Below are positions 56,710 through 64,000 of a stretch of 64,000 nt of DNA, in pieces. The position numbers and the translations under genes were made by a program. Origin of the DNA: Candidatus Brocadiia bacterium (GTDB lineage: Bacteria; Planctomycetota; Brocadiia; CAIUPP01). Where the stretch lies: the NCBI GenBank assembly GCA_050015075.1, contig JBEKCB010000009.1, positions 32,001 through 96,000 on the forward strand, given 5' to 3'. The notes under the pieces are model-generated. The model ran no database searches, had not been told where the DNA came from, and saw only the letters and a program-made list of their open reading frames with translations. Position 1 is the stretch's first letter; each line of letters begins with the position of its first letter.

Positions 56710-58212
56710 GTGCGCAGGCGGCGTAAAACAACCCGGAAGCAGCTTCAGCTCTGGCCGAAGCCCGCGCCGGCGCAGCCATCGAGGGAAAGCGGCGCGCCGA
56801 TTCCCTGGCGCGGCACCGCGGTGCACCTGATCGGCATCGGCGGCGTCGGCATGAGCGGGATCGCCGCCCTGCTGCCGCACTACGGCTGCACCGTCACCGG
56901 CTGCGACGCCGGCGGCAGCGAAATCATCGAATCGCTCACGCGACGCGGCATCCGTGTTTCCATCGGCCACAGCCCCGAGCACATCACCGACAAACTCGGC
57001 CTGGTCATCGTCTCCGCCGCGATCCGCGACACGAACCCGGAAGTGCGCGAGGCGGCGCGGCGCGGCATACCCGTCATCAAGTACGCGCAGGCGCTCGGCT
57101 GGCTGATGAAGGACCGCGACGGCATCGCCGTCAGCGGCGCGCACGGCAAGACCACCACCACTTCGATGATCGCCTACGCGCTGAGCTACGGCGGCAAGCA
57201 TCCCGCGATGGTCGTCGGCGGCGTCGTGCCGCAACTCGGCGGCAACTCGCTCACCGGCCGCGGCGGACCGTTCGTCGTCGAGGCGTGCGAATACGATCGC
57301 TCGTTCCTCAACCTCAGTCCGAAGGCCGTCGTCGTCACCAATATTGACCGCGAGCACCTCGATTACTATTCGGGCCTCGAGGAGCTGGTCGAGGCGTTCG
57401 GCGCCTTCGTCGCGCAGGCGCCGGCCGACGGGCTCTGCGTGGCGAACGGCGACGACCCGAACGTCCTTCGCGCCGTGAAGCAGAGCCGCGCGCGCGTCGA
57501 GACCTTCGGCGACGGGAAAGACTGCGACTGGCGCGTCAGCGAATGGTCCCGCGCCGAAGGACGCACGCGGTTCCGCGCCTTCCACCGCGGCAAGAACGTC
57601 GGCGTTTTCGAACTGCTCGTGCCGGGCTACTACAACGTGCGCAATGCGCTGGCGTGCATCGCCATCAGCAGCTTCTTCGACGTGAACCGCCAGGACGTGC
57701 GCGAGTCGCTCGCCGAATTCCGCGGCGCGCGCCGGCGCTTCGACCGCCTCGGCGAGGCCGCCGGCGTGATGGTCTTCGACGATTACGGCCACCACCCGAC
57801 CGAGGTGCGCGTCACGCTCGACGCCGCGCGGCAGGAATTCCCGAAGCGCCGCCTGCTCTGCGTTTTCCAGCCGCATCAGTGCAGCCGCACGCGGCTGCTC
57901 ATGAACGATTTCGCCGGCGCGTTCGGATCGGCCGACTGCGTCATCGTCCCGGATATCTACTCGGTGCGCGACAACGAGGCGGACCGGGCGAGCGTGCACT
58001 CGCAGGACCTCGTCGCCACGCTGCGCCGCAATGGTGTGCAGGCGGAATACGGCTCGCAGTTCCCTGAGACCGTGGATCGCCTGCTCCACTCCGTCCGCAG
58101 CGGAGACCTGGTGATGACGATGGGGGCAGGTCCGGTGAACGACGTGGGGATACGCCTGCTGCAGGAACTCAAGAAAAGGGAGCAAAGCGATGAACTGGTA
58201 CTCAGGGCTTGA
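56710..58212 (+). CDS. murC: UDP-MurNAc:L-Ala ligase
   Basis: GIGGVGMS, GAHGKTTT, EACEYD, DDYGHHPTE, FQPH. Confidence 0.96.
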   Translation: MRRRRKTTRKQLQLWPKPAPAQPSRESGAPIPWRGTAVHLIGIGGVGMSGIAALLPHYGCTVTGCDAGGSEIIESLTRRGIRVSIGHSPEHITDKLGLVIVSAAIRDTNPEVREAARRGIPVIKYAQALGWLMKDRDGIAVSGAHGKTTTTSMIAYALSYGGKHPAMVVGGVVPQLGGNSLTGRGGPFVVEACEYDRSFLNLSPKAVVVTNIDREHLDYYSGLEELVEAFGAFVAQAPADGLCVANGDDPNVLRAVKQSRARVETFGDGKDCDWRVSEWSRAEGRTRFRAFHRGKNVGVFELLVPGYYNVRNALACIAISSFFDVNRQDVRESLAEFRGARRRFDRLGEAAGVMVFDDYGHHPTEVRVTLDAARQEFPKRRLLCVFQPHQCSRTRLLMNDFAGAFGSADCVIVPDIYSVRDNEADRASVHSQDLVATLRRNGVQAEYGSQFPETVDRLLHSVRSGDLVMTMGAGPVNDVGIRLLQELKKREQSDELVLRA

Positions 58213-59152
58213 GTCGTTCGTGCGAGTGGACGAGCCGCTGGCCGAGCGCACGACGTTCGCCATCGGCGGTCGGGCGGCGTACTTCGTCGAGCCGACGACG
58301 GAGGCGGAGTTTGCCGCCGGCTACGCGGCCGCTATGCGCTCGCGGCTGCCGGTGTTCATCCTCGGCGGCGGAAGCAACCTGCTCGTCTCCGACAAGGGCG
58401 TGCCGGGCGTCGTGATCTGCACGACGAAGATGGCGGACAAGTCCATGCCCGCGCAGAGCCATTCCAGCTTCAGCGCGCACGCGGCCGGTTCGCTCGTCCA
58501 GTTGCGCGCCGGGACGAGCCTGGAGAAGGCCGTCCTCTGGACTGCGCGCGCCGGGCTCTCGGGGCTGGAGTGCCTCGCCGGGATTCCCGGCACCGTCGGC
58601 GGCGCCGTCCGCATGAACGCCGGCGGGCGCTACGGCATGATCTGCGACGCGATCCACGCGGTCTGGTGCGTGGACCGCCAGGGCCGCATCTACATGCGCA
58701 ACGCCTCCGACATCCAGTGGGGCTATCGGGCGACCGACCTGGGCGACCCGATCGTCCGCGTCGGCTTCGACCTGCAGCGCAAGCCGCCCGAGGCCGTCAG
58801 GCTCCAGCGCTCGAAAATCCTCTCCGAGAAGCGCTCCTCGCAGCCGGTGCAGCAGCACAGCGCGGGCTGTTTCTTCAAGAACCCGGGCGAGGAGAAAGCC
58901 GGCGAACTGATCGAGATGGCCGGGCTGAAGGGCTATCGCGTCGGCGAGGCGTGCGTCTCGCCGAAACATGCGAACTTTATCGTGAACCTCGGTGGCGCGA
59001 CCGCGAACGACGTCCTGGCGCTCTCGGACACCGTCCGCGACCGCGTCTATGCCGAGTTCGACGTCTCGCTCGAGAACGAAGTTTCCACGTGGGGTTTGCC
59101 GCGCGAGCGCCCGCCGGTGAACCGCCTTTTCGTGTCGCCGGCGCGGGTGTGA
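58190..59152 (+). CDS. murB: UDP-GlcNAc-enolpyruvate reductase
   Basis: GGGSNLLV, GIPGTVGGA..MNAG, SAGCFFKNP, HANF, LENEV. Confidence 0.96.
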   Translation: MNWYSGLESFVRVDEPLAERTTFAIGGRAAYFVEPTTEAEFAAGYAAAMRSRLPVFILGGGSNLLVSDKGVPGVVICTTKMADKSMPAQSHSSFSAHAAGSLVQLRAGTSLEKAVLWTARAGLSGLECLAGIPGTVGGAVRMNAGGRYGMICDAIHAVWCVDRQGRIYMRNASDIQWGYRATDLGDPIVRVGFDLQRKPPEAVRLQRSKILSEKRSSQPVQQHSAGCFFKNPGEEKAGELIEMAGLKGYRVGEACVSPKHANFIVNLGGATANDVLALSDTVRDRVYAEFDVSLENEVSTWGLPRERPPVNRLFVSPARV

Positions 59153-59204
59153 TTCCAGGATCCTGGTGGATAAGAAACGTCATCACTTTCTGAAAGGGCA
59201 GAAC

Positions 59205-60143
59205 ATGCGTCGAAGAATCGCGGTGTTGATGGGCGGAGTCTCAGCGGAGCGTGAGGTGTCGCTCAAGTCGGGCAAAGGCATTGCCGAAGCGCTCCGCCAG
59301 AAGGGGCACGAAGTCCACGAGGTGGACATCGCCGAGGAGAGCATCGCGCCGGTGCTTGGCGTCCGGCCGGAACTGGCCTTCATCGCCCTGCATGGCCGGT
59401 TCGGCGAGGACGGCGGGATCCAAGGACTGCTCGATGAGGCCGGAATCGCGTACACCGGCTCCGACCCGCAGGCCAGCCGCGCGGGGATGGACAAAATGGC
59501 TTCCAAGTGCTTCTTCATCACGCACGATGTCCCGACGCCGCCGTTCCGGCTCTTGACGACTACGCAGTCGTGGGAAAAGGTCGAGGCCGCCATCGAGGAG
59601 GTCGGCCTGCCGCTGATCGTCAAGCCGCTGCGGCAGGGTTCGAGCTACGGCGTCTCCCTGGCGAAGACGCACGAGCAGGTGGCCACCGGTCTCGCCGAGG
59701 CGCTCAAGTACGGCCAGCACGCGCTCCTCGAGCGGTTCATCCCGGGCCGCGAGTTCACCGTCGGCATCCTCGACCAGGCTGCGCTGCCGGTCATCGAACT
59801 GCGGCACTCGCACGACATCTTCGACTTCGACGCCAAGTACACCGACCGCGGCACGGAGCGCGTGGTGCATCCGGAACTCCCGCGCGAGACCACGGAGAAG
59901 TTGCAGGAACTCGCCCTCGCCGCGCATCGCGCCCTGGGTTGCCGCCACTTCAGCCGCGTGGACCTGATGCTCGAAAACGACGGCTGCCCGTACGTCCTCG
60001 AAGTGAACACCATTCCGGGCTTCACCGAAAAGAGCCTGTTCCCGCTCGCCGCGCGTGAGGCTGGAATCCCGTTCGCGGACCTCTGCGACCGCATCGTGGA
60101 CCTGGCGCTGACGCCGGCACCGGTGGAAGTCGGCGGGATCTAG
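59205..60143 (+). CDS. ddl: D-Ala-D-Ala ligase
   Basis: GGVSAEREVSLKSG, LHGRFGEDG, GSS.G, EVNTIPG. Confidence 0.96.
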   Translation: MRRRIAVLMGGVSAEREVSLKSGKGIAEALRQKGHEVHEVDIAEESIAPVLGVRPELAFIALHGRFGEDGGIQGLLDEAGIAYTGSDPQASRAGMDKMASKCFFITHDVPTPPFRLLTTTQSWEKVEAAIEEVGLPLIVKPLRQGSSYGVSLAKTHEQVATGLAEALKYGQHALLERFIPGREFTVGILDQAALPVIELRHSHDIFDFDAKYTDRGTERVVHPELPRETTEKLQELALAAHRALGCRHFSRVDLMLENDGCPYVLEVNTIPGFTEKSLFPLAAREAGIPFADLCDRIVDLALTPAPVEVGGI

Positions 60144-60161
60144 AAAGAATGAGAATGTGCC

Positions 60162-61022
60162 ATGGCCGCTAAAACTCGCGCGAATGACGGCTCCAGCCAG
60201 CAGGCGCTGGTGAACACGGGAATCTACATCCTCATCGCCGGCGCGCTGGCCGCCGGCTGTGTGGTGGGTGTGCAGCAGCTCTGGCGCGCGGTCTCCGACC
60301 GGCCGGAATTCATCGTACGGCCCGGCGATCTTGCGCTCACGAGCAAATGGGCGCGCATCCCGGAGATGAAGCGCGATTTCCTCGCCACCGACCGCACCGG
60401 CATTCTGCGGCGCCCCGGCGTCAGCATCTTCACCGCCAGGCTGTGCGAGGACGTCGCCCAGGCGTATGCCGCCAGTCCGTGGGTGCGGCGCGTGCTGCTC
60501 GTGGCGAAGGAATTCCCGAACCGGCTCGATGTCCAGCTCGAACTGCGCGAGCCCTACGCGCTCGTGCAGACCGGCAGCAAGTGCATCTGCGTGGACGAAG
60601 AGGGCGCGCCGCTCAGTCCGCAATTCTACGACATGTCCCCGCAACGCCTCGCCTCGCTCATCCCGGTCATCACCCTCAACGGCGACTGCCCGGTGCCGAA
60701 CGCCGGCCAGCCGTGGAAGCAGCCGGAAGTCCAGGAAGGACTCGCGATGGTCCGCCTCTACCGCAAGGACCTCGCCCGAAACGTCTCTGTTCACGAAATC
60801 CAGGTCCAGCGCACCGACAACGCCGCCGTGATGGCCACGCTCGTCCTCGACACCGGCCCGCGCGTGCAGTGGGGCCAGACGCCGGCCGGCCCGCGCTCGC
60901 TGGCCGAAATCTCCACCGCCCAGAAGACCACCGCCCTGCTGGCGATCACCCGGAAGGAAGGCACGCAGATCGGACGGCTCAAGACCATTGACGTCCGCTG
61001 GCCGAACCCGCTGTGCGAATGA
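60162..61022 (+). CDS. ftsQ: FtsQ/DivIB-like protein
   Basis: Single TM helix, PWV..V.KEFPNRL...LREP POTRA-like segment, IDVR tail; follows ddl. Confidence 0.7.
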   Translation: MAAKTRANDGSSQQALVNTGIYILIAGALAAGCVVGVQQLWRAVSDRPEFIVRPGDLALTSKWARIPEMKRDFLATDRTGILRRPGVSIFTARLCEDVAQAYAASPWVRRVLLVAKEFPNRLDVQLELREPYALVQTGSKCICVDEEGAPLSPQFYDMSPQRLASLIPVITLNGDCPVPNAGQPWKQPEVQEGLAMVRLYRKDLARNVSVHEIQVQRTDNAAVMATLVLDTGPRVQWGQTPAGPRSLAEISTAQKTTALLAITRKEGTQIGRLKTIDVRWPNPLCE

Positions 61023-61048
61023 GCACGTCGGATTCGGCGTTTTTGCTC

Positions 61049-61519
61049 TTAGCTTTTTCGTTTGCGCTGTGAGGCCCGCCGGAGGGTGCGCAAATCGGCT
61101 TTGTCCTGGGGTCGGCCTGCGGCCTGTTTGGAAGCGATCAGGTCAGCAAGGGACAAATAGTGCGCGTCTACCCCGCCGAATACGTCGTCCACTCGTCTCC
61201 GCCACGCCGCGCCGAACTCCGCGATGCCGGCCGGCCCGGCGATCAGGTCTATTCGGACGGGAGCGACGCCTAACTGGACCACGATGTTCGGGTTGACGAG
61301 ATCTTCCACCGTAAACCCCAGGTCGGCGCCGCTGAAGAAATCGCGGATGGCCGCCAGGACCTTTCGGGCGTTCGCCGGAGAAGGATCATAGAAGATGTCA
61401 AAGTCCTTCGTGGCCCTTGGCCGCGCGTGGTATCCCAGCGCGTGCGCGCCCGCGATGAGATACCGTGCGCCCCTTGCGTTCAAAGACGCGACAAACTCTT
61501 CGTAGTCTCTGTGGGCCAT
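61049..61519 (-). CDS. Nucleotidyltransferase-fold protein
   Basis: YLIAGAHAL.YH.RPRATKDFDI..RIDL..LIASKQAAGRPQDKAD. Confidence 0.82.
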   Translation of the reverse strand: MAHRDYEEFVASLNARGARYLIAGAHALGYHARPRATKDFDIFYDPSPANARKVLAAIRDFFSGADLGFTVEDLVNPNIVVQLGVAPVRIDLIAGPAGIAEFGAAWRRRVDDVFGGVDAHYLSLADLIASKQAAGRPQDKADLRTLRRASQRKRKS

Positions 61520-61697
61520 TGATGCCTCGGGTCTTCAGGACGCTTCGCGTGCACTCGTCCACCGTGTTCACGCGCTGCGCGGGAGTCAGGTTCTCATACC
61601 AAAAGCGGAAGTCCTGATCTTCGGCTTCGTCCCAGCGGAGCACAACCCCTTGCCAGATGCGACCATGCCTGTCCTTCGCCCGTCCGCGAATCTGCAT
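61398..61697 (-). CDS. Small protein overlapping the nucleotidyltransferase start (putative partner)
   Basis: DFRFW..LTPAQRV..RLRRV; GAGAGAGG RBS. Confidence 0.6.
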   Translation of the reverse strand: MQIRGRAKDRHGRIWQGVVLRWDEAEDQDFRFWYENLTPAQRVNTVDECTRSVLKTRGINGPQRLRRVCRVFERKGRTVSHRGRARAGIPRAAKGHEGL

Positions 61698-61829
61698 GAC
61701 CTCTCCTCACCGAACGCTTGCATGCTATCTTCGCGAAGGGCCGCCGTCAAGGAGCCGGCCGCCTTCCGCTGAGCGTTGGCAACGCGCATGAGACAAGCTA
61801 TAATCGAAGATGAAGTGAAAGGGCGCGCG

Positions 61830-61997
61830 ATGCCTTACAAACCGGTTCCCGGCGGGCTCGGGCGGATTTACGTCCCAGAGCCTGATGCTGGGACGCTGAA
61901 GAAGCACAACTGCAAGGACTGCTTTTTCTGCCAGTGGTGCGCTGTAGAGCGCTGTCGCCTCTGCAGAAAAAAGAGTTGTCACCGGCTCAGGAAATAA
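61830..61997 (+). CDS. Small Cys-rich protein
   Basis: KH.CKDCFFCQWC...RC.LC motif in 55 aa. Confidence 0.6.
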   Translation: MPYKPVPGGLGRIYVPEPDAGTLKKHNCKDCFFCQWCAVERCRLCRKKSCHRLRK

Positions 61998-61999
61998 AT

Positions 62000-62398
62000 G
62001 TGAATCCACGATTTCGTGCGCCTTCTGCGAAAACTCTGCTGCGTCAAACCCTGCGCGCGGCACTCATCGGCCTCATCATCGGCGCCGCGTTCGGGATCCT
62101 GACTGCGCTGGGGAGCTGGTTGTCCCACCAGAGCGATAGTCCGCCAACGCTCCCTGGGCTGAACTACATCATCCGGGGGCTGGACGTCAGCGCTTTTCCG
62201 GGAATGACGATCGCAACCGCGATTGATCGGCGGGGAGTGGAACCAGACTACGTTTTTTCGCCGGGAGAGGTCACCAGTCCCATCCTGGTCCTGGCGCTCT
62301 GCAACGCCCTTTTCTGGGCCGCGCTTTGGGCGTTGCTTTTGGCCTGGCCCGGCCCCGTCTTCGCGCTCTGGCTCACGCTGTCCGGCTCGTGGGGTTAG
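62000..62398 (+). CDS. Hypothetical membrane protein
   Basis: Two to three hydrophobic segments; directly follows the Cys-rich gene. Confidence 0.5.
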   Translation: MNPRFRAPSAKTLLRQTLRAALIGLIIGAAFGILTALGSWLSHQSDSPPTLPGLNYIIRGLDVSAFPGMTIATAIDRRGVEPDYVFSPGEVTSPILVLALCNALFWAALWALLLAWPGPVFALWLTLSGSWG

Positions 62399-62542
62399 CT
62401 CGTCGCCGCCCTGAATACTTGGTGCTGCCGGTTTAAGCTCGCATTCCTGCCTGCCCGCGCCATGCCTTGAACGCCCGGATTGTTTCTTGTAACATGGCGG
62501 TTGCCCTTGCAAAGCGGCGCAGTGCGGTGGATGGAGGCATTT

Positions 62543-64000
62543 ATGGCTTTTCGACCCGACCGTTTGACGACCAAATCCCAGGAGGCGCTGCAGGCGGCGC
62601 AGGATATCGCGCGCGAGCGCGGGCAGCAGGAGCTGACGCCGGAACATCTGCTGCTGGCGCTGGTGCGTCAGAAAGACGGCGTGGTGCCGCCCATTCTCCA
62701 GCGCGCCGGCGCTTCTGCGGACCAGCTCGAACGCCGGCTCGATGACGCGCTCGATGCGATCCCGAAGGTCTCCGGCGGCGACATCTACGCCTCGCCGCGG
62801 TTGAGCAAGCTGCTCGAGGCGGCCTGGAAGGAGGCGCAGGCGCTCAAGGACGAGTACGTCAGCGCCGAGCACCTGCTGCTCGCGGTGGCCGAGGGCGATG
62901 GCGCGGCAAAGACGATCCTGAAAGAGGCCGGCCTCACCCGCGCGAATATCCTGACGATCCTCAAGACCGTCCGCGGGACGCAGCGCGTGACCGACCAGGA
63001 GCCGGAAGGCAAGTACCAGGCGCTTGAGCGTTACTGCCGCGATTTGACCGCCGCCGCGCGCGCCGGCAAGCTCGATCCGGTGATCGGCCGCGACGAGGAA
63101 ATCCGCCGCGTGATGCAGGTGCTCAGCCGCCGCACGAAGAACAACCCCGTGCTGATCGGCGATCCCGGCGTCGGCAAGACCGCCATCGTCGAAGGGCTGG
63201 CGCGGCGCATCGTCGAGGGCGACGTGCCCGAAGGGTTGAAGAACCGGCGAGTGCTCGCGCTCGACCTGGGCGCGCTGATCGCGGGCACCAAGTTCCGCGG
63301 CGAGTTCGAGGACCGCCTGAAAGCCGTCCTCAAGGCGATCACCGAGGCGGAAGGCTCGGTGATCCTGTTCATTGACGAGCTGCACATGGTCGTCGGCGCG
63401 GGCGCAGCCGAAGGCGCCGCCGACGCGGCGAACCTGCTCAAGCCGGCCCTGGCGCGCGGCGAGCTGCGCTGCGTCGGCGCGACGACGCTCGACGAATACC
63501 GCAAGCACATCGAAAAGGACGCCGCGCTCGAACGGCGCTTCCAGCCGGTCCTCGTCGGCGAGCCTTCCATCCCCGACACGATCGCCATCCTGCGCGGCCT
63601 CAAGGAGCGCTACGAGGTCCACCACGGAGTCCGCATCCAGGATTCCGCTCTCGTCGCGGCGGCCACGCTTTCCGAGCGCTACATCACCGACCGGTTCCTG
63701 CCCGACAAGGCGATTGACCTGGTGGACGAGGCGGCCTCGCGCCTGCGGATGGAGATGGACAGCCTGCCGGTGGAGCTTGACCAGACCGAGCGCCGGCGCA
63801 TGCAACTGGAGATCGAGCGCCAGGCGCTCACGCGCGAGAAGGACCCCGCCTCGCGCGAGCGCCGCGCGAAGGTCGAGCAGGAACTCGCCGAGCTGAAGGA
63901 GAAATCCACCCTGCTCCGCGCGCATTGGGAGAATGAAAAGGCCGCGATCAAAAAGATCCGCCAGGCCAAGGAGAAGCTCGAATCCACGCGCACCGAGGCC
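62543..64000 (+). CDS. clpB: ATP-dependent chaperone ClpB (runs off the window end)
   Basis: [61 protein letters not shown], coiled-coil M domain; GGAGG RBS. Confidence 0.96.
   Translation, partial: MAFRPDRLTTKSQEALQAAQDIARERGQQELTPEHLLLALVRQKDGVVPPILQRAGASADQLERRLDDALDAIPKVSGGDIYASPRLSKLLEAAWKEAQALKDEYVSAEHLLLAVAEGDGAAKTILKEAGLTRANILTILKTVRGTQRVTDQEPEGKYQALERYCRDLTAAARAGKLDPVIGRDEEIRRVMQVLSRRTKNNPVLIGDPGVGKTAIVEGLARRIVEGDVPEGLKNRRVLALDLGALIAGTKFRGEFEDRLKAVLKAITEAEGSVILFIDELHMVVGAGAAEGAADAANLLKPALARGELRCVGATTLDEYRKHIEKDAALERRFQPVLVGEPSIPDTIAILRGLKERYEVHHGVRIQDSALVAAATLSERYITDRFLPDKAIDLVDEAASRLRMEMDSLPVELDQTERRRMQLEIERQALTREKDPASRERRAKVEQELAELKEKSTLLRAHWENEKAAIKKIRQAKEKLESTRTEA

Noticed and set aside
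62494-62510. Sigma54 promoter or CIRCE upstream of clpB
   Set aside because: GG-to-GC spacing is 11 rather than 10, and there is no TTAGCACTC inverted repeat.

Overview
High-GC bacterial chromosome segment. Gene order suggests Planctomycetota/PVC (inference): pheA-tpiA-secG-pyrE-yicC-gmk-rpoZ with split coaC/coaB, and a dcw cluster with no adjacent ftsA/ftsZ. Core genes are holB, priA, a FliA/WhiG-type sigma factor, a GAF-PP2C phosphatase, mutL, an archaeal-type aroA'/aroB' pair, etfB/etfA/acyl-CoA dehydrogenase, two pilT-family ATPases, mraZ-rsmH-ftsL-ftsI-murE-murF-mraY-ftsW-murG-murC-murB-ddl-ftsQ, the 5' part of clpB, and tRNA-Gly(CCC). Accessory patches lie at about 2.6-4.7 kb, 24.3-30.8 kb, 36.5-37.3 kb and 61.0-62.4 kb. 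The most striking signals are non-coding. (1) About 20 short-period (3/6, 7 and 9-10 bp) tandem-repeat elements, often built as two inverted arms, sit at gene junctions, nest inside one another and sometimes lie in frame within genes. (2) A 110-140 bp promoter-bearing repeat precedes three consecutive unrelated genes in the 26-30 kb island. (3) RTCGAY appears strongly avoided: Ile-Asp is almost always ATT-GAY. All calls are by eye from the sequence and ORF track; no searches were run.
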